DNA of 63,983 nt, filler included, from Octopus bimaculoides (Eukaryota): the NCBI RefSeq assembly GCF_001194135.2. It is 6 parts of 6 records of this genome, joined end to end, with 100 filler letters (N's around TTAATTAATTAA, not from the genome) between each part and the next. Parts side by side here need not be neighbours in the genome. Positions count along the whole stretch, not along the records: positions 49,643 to 58,044 come from NC_068986.1; positions 58,145 to 63,983 come from NC_068989.1; 4 more parts are not named here. One strand, 5' to 3'. The position numbers and the translations under genes were made by a program. Numbering within the stretch: position 1 is the stretch's first letter; each line of letters starts with the position of its first letter. Of the stretch, positions 52,395-63,983 are shown piece after piece. Under the pieces are notes generated by a model. It was not told the DNA's origin. It did not search any database and worked only from the letters and a program-made list of their open reading frames with translations.

Positions 52395-53971
52395 CATCCA
52401 TCCATCCATCCATCCATCCATCTATCCATTTATAATAGAATGTACATATATGAAGTAATCCCTCGAGTGGAACATTTTATAAACTGCAACCTGAATATTT
52501 TCCAGAATTTAAAGGAATGTGTGTTAATCAATGATCTGATTAGTGAATTAATCCCAGTCAAATCACAAAATCAGGCTATTCGCCAATCGTAGCGGTTCGG
52601 TTCGAGGATCAAAGCAGTTTGAATAAAATAAGCACAATAAATTGAAAAAAAAAACAAAAAAAAAAAACAAAAAACAAAAACAACAAAAAAAGAACAGCAT
52701 ATAAATAAAATAAATAAACATACAAATTTTAAAAAATAAGATGAAAAAATTGGTGAAAAGAAATTACAAAAGAGGAAGAAATTAAATAATAAATGAAATT
52801 AAATTTTTTGTTGGTTAATGAAACATTATTTTGCAAACATAGCCACGACGATGATGGGGGCAAATGCAGCATTAAAGACTAGAACCAAAAAAAAAAGAAG
52901 TGGCATCAGCAGTGGTACCACCACCACGACCACCACGACCACCACCAACACCACCACCAACACCGCAACCACCACGATCACCACCACTAGCATCACCACC
53001 ACTAGCGCNNNNNNNNNNNNNNNNNNNNNNNNNNNNNNNNNNNNNNNNNNNNNNNNNNNNNNNNNNNNNNNNNNNNNNNNNNNNNNNNNNNNNNNNNNNN
53101 NNNNNNNNNNNNNNNNNNNNNNNNNNNNNNNNNNNNNNNNNNNNNNNNNNNNNNNNNNNNNNNNNNNNNNNNNNNNNNNNNNNNNNNNNNNNNNNNNNNN
53201 NNNNNNNNNNNNNNNNNNNNNNNNNNNNNNNNNNNNNNNNNNNNNNNNNNNNNNNNNNNNNNNNNNNNNNNNNNNNNNNNNNNNNNNNNNNNNNNNNNNN
53301 NNNNNNNNNNNNNNNNNNNNNNNNNNNNNNNNNNNNNNNNNNNNNNNNNNNNNNNNNNNNNNNNNNNNNNNNNAATGATGATGCTGATGACGGTGAGGAT
53401 GCTGTAGATTGTTAATACTGATGATACTGAACTGAATGAGATGTTGACGCCGATATTGCGGCTGCTGACGACGATGACGACGACGATGTTGATGACGGCG
53501 GTGACGGCGGCGGTTTCGGTGATAGTGGTGGTAAGAGTCATGATGATGCTGCTGATGATGATGATGGTGGTGGTGGTGGTGGTGGTGGTGGTAGTGATGA
53601 CAAAGACGACAATAGCGACCACGACGATGACGTTGATGATGATGATGATGATAGTGATGATGGTTTAAGTTACAATACTTGTCACATGTCTTCTGACAGG
53701 AGGTTTTGACTTGGCTGTTACTTTTGTTGTTTAGCACCCCTAACGTTTTTATTCTTTATGTAAGACAACAGGGTTCGATATGTGGGCGAGCTGGCTGCTA
53801 ATTCTAGCAGGTCACACCGCAACATACAGACTCACCCTTCACTGACTCGTTACGGTTACACTTTCCGAAACCTATGATAAAAGGGGTCGAAACCAAAGCC
53901 ACTCATTTTATTTTTTAAGCTAATTTATCCAGATGACCCGGCAGCTTGTTGCTTACATGAACCCCGAGTTC

Positions 53972-54147
53972 AAATTCCGTTACGTTCTGAGTTCAAATTC
54001 CACCGAAGTCGACTTTGCCTTTCATCCTTTCGTGGTCGATTAAAAACGTACCAGTTACACACTGGAGTCCGTGTAATCGACCTAATCCCTTTGTCTGTCC
54101 TTGTTTGTTCCCTCTATGTTTAGCCCCCTGTAGCCAATAAAGAAATA
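53972..54147 (+). mobile_element. SINE family B with Tx1-like tail
   Basis: Core plus ttgtttgttccctctatgtttagccccctgtagccaataaagaaa. Confidence 0.8.
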
Positions 54148-54315
54148 AATAATATGTCCTTCGGGGGTGAGGGTGGGTGGAGGGTTTCGGACTCAACTTC
54201 CTTTTGTCACAAATACTCTATTCACGGGTGTATAAGTGGCACTATTGATTTTAATTGTAAGAACCTATACGAGGCAAAGCTGATATAATATTTGAATGTC
54301 TTTCATCTGCAATTC

Positions 54316-54719
54316 GTTTCAGTCGTGAGACTGTGGCCAAGCTGGGGCACCACCTTGAAGAATTTTTAATCAAATGAATCGACCCCAATACATTTTTTAA
54401 AAAGAGTCTGGTACTTATTCTATAGCTCTCCTTTGCTGAATTCATAATTTACAGGGACGTAAACACACCAAAATCGGTAGACAAGCGGTGGTGGAGGACA
54501 GACAGACAGACACACACATATACATACGCGCATGCGCACACACACACACATACGATGGAGTTCTTTCAGTTTTCGTCTAGCAAATCCACTTACAAGGCTT
54601 TGGTCGGCTCGAGGCTATTGTAGAAGACGCTTGCCGCCCAAGGGTGCTACATATTGGGATTGAACCCGGAGCCATGTGATTGGGAAACAAGTTTCTTACC
54701 ACACAGTCACTCCCGCGCC
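54316..54719 (-). mobile_element. SINE family A
   Basis: Full-length diverged copy. Confidence 0.8.
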
Positions 54720-54739
54720 TATGATGAGAAAAAAAATTG

Positions 54740-54807
54740 CACCAAGATTTTACACTGAGTTAGGGGTGCGACTTATACTCGAATGCAGTATATACGAGTA
54801 AGTACGG
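54740..54807. mobile_element. Possible Tc2/pogo-like terminal fragment
   Basis: tgcgacttatactcga...tatacgagtaagtacgg|TA; only one end seen. Confidence 0.35.
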
Positions 54808-56332
54808 TATATATGGCGAAAATGGTTTGGTAAACTATAAAAATGCTTTTTAGAAAAAATGTGCAGTTAGCGCAGATTGCAACGCGAAAAGCATACTTTC
54901 ATTAGATTTGTTCACTTAGTGATAGAATTAAAATGCTACTTTTTAAAGGTTACATTAAACCAGTTCTGTTCTGCAGTTGTGAACACGATTAAAAACATTA
55001 ATACAAAAACAACTACAGCGTAGAAGATAAATATTTGCCATTCAAAAACACATAAAGACTCTTAACTTCACTTAGACATTTATCATTTGGTGCTACGTGA
55101 ACAGTTTTTGTGTGTTTTTTGAATGACTAATATGTGTCTTCCACACTTTAATTGTTTTAGTTTCAACGCACGGTCTCACATCAAATCATTTGCGTGACAA
55201 GTGAATGCCTGGCAAATACACTTCCAAAAATACAATAATTAAGTAGAAACAATACATATAAACCAAAGGCATGAATATATAGAAATAGTATTTATTATAA
55301 GGGAGGGTTTTACTGAATGAATTACGTAAATACATTCTCAATTAATTGAAGTGTTTCCTACATAAGGGACGATGTAATCGACTAGCCACCTCTCCCTAAA
55401 TTTTGAGGCATTGTGCCAATTGTAGAAAGGACTATTATTATTATTATTATTATTAATATTATTATTATTGTTGTCATTAAGGCGGAGAGCAAGCAGTATC
55501 ATAAGCACGCCGGACAAAATGCTTAGCAGCGTTTTCTCCCTGTCCATTACCTTCTGAGTTCAAATTCCGCTGTGGTCGACTTATGGGATCGATAAAATAA
55601 ATACTAATCAAGAACTGGGGTCTATCATATCGAATTCCCCCTCCCCTCGAAAACTGCTGCTCATCAATAGATAATTAACGCCTAATATTAGATGCCGTAT
55701 ATGACTTGATTCCTGTAAAGTGGTACGATGAAGTACTGCATATATTTTGTAAATACCACCAATAATTGAACATAAAATTGAAGTCTTTGCAGTAAACATT
55801 TCATGATATAAGAAAAGACCTGGAAAATCGAATTTAATGCAAATTTTTTCTTCTAAATGAAGTAGAATTTTCCCATGATGAATGCCATTCTTTGTTTCTG
55901 TATATCGCTATGTGGACAGAATAATATAAGTTATCACTCACACGCTGGCACAATAAGGAATCAGGGAATCAAGTGTCTGAGGTTACACAATCAGAATATC
56001 GAGATTAAATTCCAAAGAAAAGCCTGCTGTGAATTCTCAACTACGAGTTTCCTTCCGTTTTATTTTCTACTTCGAGTTTAGTGGTTCTCAATCATTTTGA
56101 CTACAAGGGAAACGGGATTTCAAATAAGATTTACCGATTCACTTCGCATAGAAATTTGCATAAAACTTTGTTTTAACGTTAAAAATTAGAAAAAACAAAC
56201 AAAAATTTCTACAAAGGTATTACTTAACTTATTTTCATTAACATACTCGTACTTAACAAAATTAAAGCACAAATTTCAAAAAGCTCAGCCGTTAATAGAT
56301 ATTGTCTAAAGACTTAATTTGATATTCTCTTA

Positions 56333-56697
56333 TTCTTTTACTTGTTTCAGTCAGTTGACTGCCGCCATGCTGGAGCACCGCCTTGAAGAGTTTTATCCGA
56401 ACAAATCGACCCCAGGACTTATTCTTAAGCCTTGTACTCATTCTATCAGTCTCTAAGTTACAGGGCCGTAAACGCACCAACACCGGTTGACAATAGATGA
56501 TGGGGGTACAACCATAGACACACACACACACATACGCACGACGGGCTTCTTTCAGTTTCCGTCAGCCAAATCCACTCACAGGGCTTTGGTCGGCCCGAAG
56601 CTATAGTAGAAGACACTTGCTGAAGGTGCCACGCAGTGGGGCTGAACCCGGAACCATGTGGTTGGAAAGCAAGCTTCTTACCACACAGGCACTCGGA
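56333..56697 (-). mobile_element. SINE family A
   Basis: Full-length copy. Confidence 0.85.
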
Positions 56698-56844
56698 CAT
56701 CTCTTACACCGTGCCATTGCATTGCAGGACACCGTTTAATACCCAGTGTTTTGGTATAACGATTAATATTCCCTTTGTATAGAAAGAAGCGTCCTGGTTA
56801 AAAACAAAAAAGTAACAGAACGAATGCAATGAATATTCTTTTCT

Positions 56845-57053
56845 ACTCTAGGCACAAGGCACGAAATTTTGAGGGGAGGGGGCCAGTCGATTAGATCGAA
56901 CCCAGTACGCAACTTGTACTTAATTTATTGACCCCAAAAGGATAAAAAGCGAAGTCGGCCTCGGCGGAAGATTGAACTCAGAACGTAAAGACAGACGAAA
57001 TACTGCAAACCCATTCATCCCGCGTGCTAACGATTCTCCTAGCTCTCCGCCTT
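56845..57053 (-). mobile_element. SINE family B (alternative tail)
   Basis: Full reverse copy. Confidence 0.8.
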
Positions 57054-57142
57054 GCATGTAATGAATATTAAACGTAATACTTTACCTAGAAAGCGATTTC
57101 GTGCATATATTAATTTCTTATGAATATTTATTGATTTTTCTT

Positions 57143-57329
57143 TTATTCTTTTACGAGTTTCAGTCATTTGACTGCGGCCATGCTGGAGCACCGCCTTTAG
57201 TCGAACATATCGACTCCAGGACTTATACTTTGTAAGCCTAGTACTTATTCTATCGGTTACTTTCGCCGAACCTCTAGTTTACAGGAACGTAAACTCATCG
57301 GCATCGGTTGTCAGGCGATGGTGAGGGGA

Positions 57330-57340
<11 letters not shown>
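57143..57340 (-). mobile_element. SINE family A 3' half
   Basis: Ends in (CA)n. Confidence 0.8.
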
Positions 57341-57394
<54 letters not shown>

Positions 57395-57889
57395 TACAAG
57401 GTGTGTTATGAGCATTTATAGGATATAATCCAATATAAGCTCAACTAACAAGTAAAGATGGAGAAGAGATGTTAGAGTTTTATAAAATTTTAATCCATGC
57501 ATACGATCGTTTGAAATGATAACACCAACATGAAAGAAACATGGAAAAAATTAAATTAATTATAATTATAATTAAATCAAATTAATTTAATTACGTATTA
57601 CCATTCTTCTTCGTGCAAAAGATGGAGTAAACATCAGGAAAGGTAGAAACAGAAGAATATTACAGGAGACCATATTGAGTCTGTCGCATTACTCAATCGG
57701 ATATTCATAAATTGATTGTGAAAGATGAAATATAAGAACGCGGTTAGGTAGTGTTGAGTCTAGTTGTGTAAGGAATAAAACTGATTTGGCTAACGGATAT
57801 TTTGAAATATAAGTAGGAAACATCGACCTACTGGTGCATAACTCCCTACCCCCTCCATTCCAGCCCAACCCGAATCCTTACTTTTCTCC

Positions 57890-58044
57890 AGACCCCGTTG
57901 CCACACCTGTTCTTTCATCATCAACACCACCTCCCTCTCTCACTGGATCCAACCAGTACACCTTCTCCATTAAGAACTTCTTCTCCTGCATTTCTCCAAA
58001 CCTCGTTTACTGCATCAAGTGCAATCTTTGCAATAAACAGAGCC
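57890..58044 (+). mobile_element. Penelope-like element GIY-YIG endonuclease fragment
   Basis: RPRCHTCSFII / TGSNQYTFSIKNFFSCISPNLVYCIKCNLCNKQ (one frameshift); ends at a gap just before the expected YIG. Confidence 0.8.
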
Positions 58045-58144
58045 NNNNNNNNNNNNNNNNNNNNNNNNNNNNNNNNNNNNNNNNNNNNTTAATTAATTAA
58101 NNNNNNNNNNNNNNNNNNNNNNNNNNNNNNNNNNNNNNNNNNNN

Positions 58145-58193
<49 letters not shown>

Positions 58194-58704
58194 GTACGCA
58201 CGTAATATGTATATATGTATATACATATATACATACACACACACAAATATGTACAGCTTTTATATTTACACATTGACTTACATTAGCGTCCATTCAATTG
58301 TGCACAGACTACGAACACTAAAGTCTATTTAGAATACAAGAGTCCATTTGCAAGCTGCCACTGGCTTCTTCATTTCTCGTGTATGCACTCGCCAGAAAGT
58401 TCTGATATTGATAGAGCATTCTTGACTTCATCACTTAGAATTTTGCTTCCAGCGTCAAAGGATTCGCATTGAAACTTATCATTTTTCTCTCACACTATGA
58501 ATAGGTATCTACAATAATGCGTATATAAAATCGGATATATATTCAGTCGTATTATTTATTCGTGGTTCAATGTAACTGTTGATAGAAACGTGAGGATTAA
58601 TCTGTGATGTGTGTATGTATGTCTCTATACATACATATATGTATACATTGAATGTTGTAGAAATAACCATATATATATATATATTTCTTTTATTTTTTCC
58701 TTTA

Positions 58705-59094
58705 TTTGTTTGTCATTTGACTGTGACCATGCAGGAGCACCACCTTTAGTCGACCCCAGGACTTATTCTTTGTAAGCCTAGTACTTATTCTATCGGTCTC
58801 TTTTGTCGAACCGGGGACGTAAACACACCAGCATCGGTTGTCAATCGATGTTGGGGGGGGGGACAAAGACAAACACATAAACACACATACACTCACACAC
58901 ACACACATACACACACACATATATATATATACGACGGACTTCTTTCAGTCTCCGTCTACCAAATCCACTCTCAAGGCTTTGGTCGGCCCGAGGCTGTAGT
59001 AGAAGACACTTGCCCAAAGTGCCACGCAGTGGGATTGAACGTGGAACCATGTGGTTGATAAGCAAGCTAGTTGCCACACACCCACTCCTGCACC
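58705..59094 (-). mobile_element. SINE family A
   Basis: Near full-length copy. Confidence 0.85.
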
Positions 59095-59407
59095 TATATA
59101 CACACATTATATACATATGCACACACAAACACACACGCGCAAAAATGTGTGTGTAAAAGTGTTTGTGACAGTACTTGTTTGTGTGTGTTAAGTATATGCC
59201 ACTTGTCTGTATATCCAACCACTCTGTATATCCAAGTACTTATGTGCATCCATACTTGAAACTAATACGATTCTGCTGTATTTTCTTGTGGGCTTGTAAA
59301 CATACCTTTTACACACAAATGCATTAATTACAATTAAAGAAAAGCATCTTTCTACATAATTACCCTTATTCACAAGCCTGTGCGAATGGTTGTGAGTGTG
59401 TGTGTGT

Positions 59408-59481
<74 letters not shown>

Positions 59482-59624
59482 ATTAATATTCATATAGATG
59501 AACTTAAAAATTCTAGAATTCCCTGGTAACTCTTCACCAGCAAGATGAATTATATTTAAATAGTTTTAATTTCTCATATAAAATGGAATTTTACATCTAT
59601 TATGACAAAACACACAAAAATTAA

Positions 59625-59625
<1 letters not shown>

Positions 59626-59687
<62 letters not shown>

Positions 59688-59750
59688 CAGACGGACAGAC
59701 GGACAGACGGACAGACGGACGGATGGATGGATCGATGGATGGATGGATAC
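59626..59750. repeat. Compound tetranucleotide (GATA)n(GACG/GACA)n(GATG)n
   Basis: Direct inspection. Confidence 0.97.
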
Positions 59751-60150
59751 TCACAGACATACATGCATACAAATATATAGATGTATTTATACTAATACAT
59801 GTTTTTATGCTATAATAAAAACGATTGTCCATTAAATTGAAAGATCACTCAATACGTTCGGTAGAGTATAAATTTATTATTCTTAAACAAGAAAAGCATT
59901 GACAATGACTTCGAAGTTTCGGTCGGCTAAGGCAATGATGGTTTAGGTAGCCGAAACTTTGAACTCACTTCCAATGCCATTAATTGTTAAAGAATATTAC
60001 ACACATACATNNNNNNNNNNNNNNNNNNNNNNNNNNNNNNNNNNNNNNNNNNNNNNNNNNNNNNNNNNNNNNNNNNNNNNNNNNNNNNNGAGCGAAAGAG
60101 AAAGAGAGAGCGAGAGAGAGATACTATCACCTTATCTCCAAACGATATAC

Positions 60151-60334
60151 CTGTCCTTTTCTTTAATGGCAAATCTAATTTAAAGAATTCTTGATTCTTG
60201 AATTTATCTCCTCTCCTCAAGTGAAACTGATCAGAATTGCCATTTTGTAATTTTAATACATCCTCAAGAAGCAGGGATCCCTTTAATGTATAGCATTTGA
60301 TGTACCTGTATTTGTCTATGTTCTTCAAGTCCAT
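60151..60334 (-). CDS. Candidate first coding exon of an unidentified gene
   Basis: In-frame TAA 6 nt before gggATGG; 61 non-repetitive codons MDLKNIDKYRYIKCYTLKGSLLLEDVLKLQ...LPLKKRT; donor AG|GTATAT, phase 1; CpG-richer upstream region with TCACGTG. Confidence 0.45.
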
Positions 60335-60972
60335 CCCTTATAATCGCTCGGAGTAATTTCTCAGTTTTGCTCGTTTTCGTTTACATGTCTCCTACTTCGT
60401 CTCTATTGAAGTTAACACCACAACGACGATGACAGATGTCTTCTAGTCCTTAGGGCAGAAACACCGCTTCGTCCTCAATGGCTACACTTTCCGGGGAAGT
60501 CACGTGTCTTGAGATTATTTCCAAATTCTAGTCGGTGAGTCGATCCCATTCACCATCAGTTGCTCGCCTCCTCTCAAAGAATAATTTCAGTAATAAATCA
60601 AAAAGTTATTCTCTACGTTGTTTAATACGCTTTCATCTTTCTTATGAAAATTCTTGTCGCTCACCACGTTGAGTTATTTCTTTTTGTTAATTTTGAATCG
60701 AATAAAGGAGTTTATTTGCTGATTTTATGAAGCCTCCCCCACCCCTCTCTCTCTCTCTCACTCTCTCTCTCACTCTCTTTCTCTCTCTCACTCTCTTTCT
60801 CTCTCTCACTATTTCTTTCACGTTATTCGCTCGGCGCAAAAGAATTGTTTTCGGTTTAGTCACGAAATAATCATTCCTATACTTACCATGCATACACAAA
60901 TGTACACGTATACACACACGCACTTATATATATGTAAGTGCGTATGCGTTTGTGTGTGTATATATCTATATG

Positions 60973-61011
<39 letters not shown>

Positions 61012-62265
61012 ATGTATATATGATATGTATGTATGTATATGTATGTATATGTATGTATGTATATGTATATATTTCTTTTCGTTCTTGGAATCACCAAGCT
61101 CGCACGTACTTCTTTGCCCCTCCTGTACGTGCTTCACAGCGTTCAAGACATACACACTTCACGTCTCGCTGTACAGCCTTTTTGTTTGTTTATTCACCGT
61201 TTCGTTTTCCTGTCTTGTTTTCCGTCCGCCACGACCCTCCACGAAAACAATTTAATTTGTGTTCGTGAGAAGAACCATTTTAACGATGCGTACTGCCTTA
61301 ATTCTTCGAAACGCCGGAGTTTTAATGGTGGCAGCTGATGAAGGGGATGTTTCTATGTGGCCTGCTTGTTTGTTGCACCTTGTTTACCATTTTGTCCTTG
61401 TTCTTTTGCCACATCATGTACCCAGTTATGTATTTATATGTACATGTAGATATGTAGATATGTACATGTATATATATGGATATATACATATGGATATATA
61501 CATATGTGTGTATACACGCGCGCGCGCATATGTGATAATTCCGAAATACTTATTCGAATCATTATATATATCATACAAACATACATGTCTGTGTATGTTT
61601 GTGAGAATGTATATATATTCGTGTGTTTGTGTGTATGTGTGTGTGTGTGTGTGCGTGCGTGTGTGCGTGTGTGCGTGTGTTTGTGTGTGTGTGTATGTGT
61701 GCGTGTGTTCGTGTGTGCGTGCGTGTGTGTGTGTTTGATCGCTACAAAGTTTCCGGTAATTTGACATCGCCAACCATTTTCTAAGCTACTTTAAAACAAA
61801 TTGACTTCTCTAACGCCGCTAATGACCTTCGGTAAGATTCTAGCATCAATCTCATTATTATTGCTTATATGTGTAAATAAGGACCCCCAATTGATGCTTT
61901 ACCTACCCGATATAACCCCCTTCCCATGGCACACCTATCTTCCCCTCCAGACAACTCTCTTCCTAATTAGCTTTTTCCACTAATAAACTTTACTATACAA
62001 TAATTTAAGCTATTCAAATGTCACTAATTGAAACTACTCACTTATATACTAACTCAACTCGTAGACTTTAATTATGGAGAATTTATGTCTAATGCTGATA
62101 GAAGTACAACTAGTAACAAGTGTTTATTGCATTGGCGGTCTTATGCGATTGGTCGGTCTTCTCTTTGCTTACGCTAACACGCTGGGTTTTGTTCCCTCAA
62201 AACATAATAAGCTATCCTATACTCACACACACACTAACACACACACACAAACATATATACATACA

Positions 62266-62343
<78 letters not shown>

Positions 62344-62916
62344 TATATATATACACATATATATATATACATACACACACACACGTACGCACATATACAT
62401 AGCCATCGATCGCGGAGACCACGAACCCAAGTCCACTCAACTGGTAAAGATTAGTTATATCCGTGTTTCAAAGGGTTTGCTCTTGCCACATTCTGTATCA
62501 CACTGAATCTCCCCGAGGACTACGTTAAGGAGACGTATATATGTGGAGTACTCAGCCACTTGCAAGTTAATTTCATGGGCAGGTTGTTATGACATCGGAT
62601 CAACTGGAACACTCGTCGCCGTAAACGACGGAGAACCAGCGAGTTACATACGCATACTTGCACACAGGGGCATGCATATCTGTGTGTGTATGAGTATGTG
62701 AGTATGGATATATACATATATATACATACATATAATATATTTTCTATTTTTTATATATAGATGTGTGTGTAAGTGTGTGTGTGTGTGTGTGTGTGTGCGT
62801 GTGACTAGATGAATAAGCTCAGATACATACATTGAGTAATTACTATTTCTTTCACATTTATGTACCTTAACGCGCATACAACGCATATATGTGTGAAAGA
62901 AAAAGAGTGTGTGAAT

Positions 62917-62961
<45 letters not shown>

Positions 62962-63378
62962 CGTATGTGTGTCTATGTGTGTGTGAGGATAAGACCGTTT
63001 TTAATCCAAACCGGTTATAATGGATGAGAACGATCGTGCCATACCAGTATAGAAGATATCATTTGTGTTATCATCCATGACATTGCTCAAGTTATCCGCG
63101 ATTTATTATCACTCTCGGGAAAATCGCATTGTCATGAAATACTTACTTGAGTTTATGTTGTTCTTTCTAATAATATCTGTTTTAGAAATTATTGTTTTAA
63201 CACGATCACACCAGAAACAGATTGCATCCCTAGCATGCAAGAATAGATTTCTGATTAAAACCTTCCTATACAAAAACATGAAGAAGCATTAATCTAATAT
63301 AAAAATCGGAAATCCGATTCTGGTCGAACATATACACTCTCCGTTTATGCAAAAGTGCTCTTACCCATGTGTACGTGT

Positions 63379-63413
<35 letters not shown>

Positions 63414-63638
63414 GCGAGAAGAAAATGGAGGACAAATAACAAACAGAAGTGTGTTTTTCGCACTAGTAAGCCATTATTTAATTAGTAAATAAAGGTGAGA
63501 TTGAAGGTGTTTACGATCGTTTCTGCTTACCATGGTGAGGAAAATATACATTATATTTTGCCTCGTTGTACCTTTGGCTATATCTATCCCTTAGAGGCTT
63601 TAAACACCTCTAAACTTATACCTGTATATATATATTCA

Positions 63639-63983
63639 CTAGCAGAAATACCCGGCGTTGCCCGGGTTCAAGAGAATAATGAAATCTAAAAACACCATCT
63701 AGACTACGCATCATCTTTATATATAGAGATGTATATACACACACGCACCCAAACACACGTATATATATGTATATCAATATAAATATATGAAAGTCAATGA
63801 AGTTTCGTAAAAGGTGATCATGTACGTACTTTCTTGCTGTTGTGATTATAACACCTCGTTGTAAACAATGTTCCTTGTTTTCCCTTGTGGAGCATATACA
63901 AATAGGTTTTTTTGCTGCCCACTCTTGAGCAGCCAACATACAGTTGGCCATGTGAGAAGCAGGGCTCTTCCAAGAGAAGACCA
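63639..63983 (-). mobile_element. Helitron 3' part: Pif1-like helicase C-terminus and 3' terminus
   Basis: GLLLEEPCFSHGQLYVGCSRVGSKK/NLFVYAPQGKTRNIVYNEVL* (63982-63846, one frameshift); CCCGGGCAACGCCGGG hairpin and CTAG|T at 63639-63666. Confidence 0.9.

Noticed and set aside
58345-58490. Minus-strand coding-looking frame EKNDKFQCESFDAGSKILSDEVKNALS
   Set aside because: In-frame TGA immediately upstream, weak acceptor, only a GC donor, and no recognisable homology.
61275-61345. GAAAC and CTGATGA motifs close together
   Set aside because: I could not form the required stems I-III, so it was not called a hammerhead.

Overview
Repeat-saturated, gappy animal genomic DNA. The SINE and microsatellite landscape looks like a coleoid cephalopod such as Octopus (inference). 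The one well-supported host gene is the 5' part of a large lipid transfer protein gene (apolipophorin/apoB-like, Vitellogenin_N domain) on the + strand. It has a TATA promoter and 7 phase-compatible GT-AG exons at 5989-14740 (369 codons), and no further exons were found. A possible second, unidentified gene starts on the - strand near 60334. The rest is transposon-derived: tRNA-headed SINEs, RTE, Tx1/L1 and R4/Dong LINE fragments, a Penelope GIY-YIG fragment, Helitrons, hAT MITEs and a mariner remnant. The most striking unexplained structure is a 343-bp palindrome in intron 5 of the lipoprotein gene, where each arm encodes a complete type I hammerhead ribozyme, one per strand. Decayed hammerhead motifs also occur in a tandem repeat linked to a tRNA-like head (3400-4490) and in intron 3. 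Repeat boundaries are approximate and family names come from motif recognition, not database searches.
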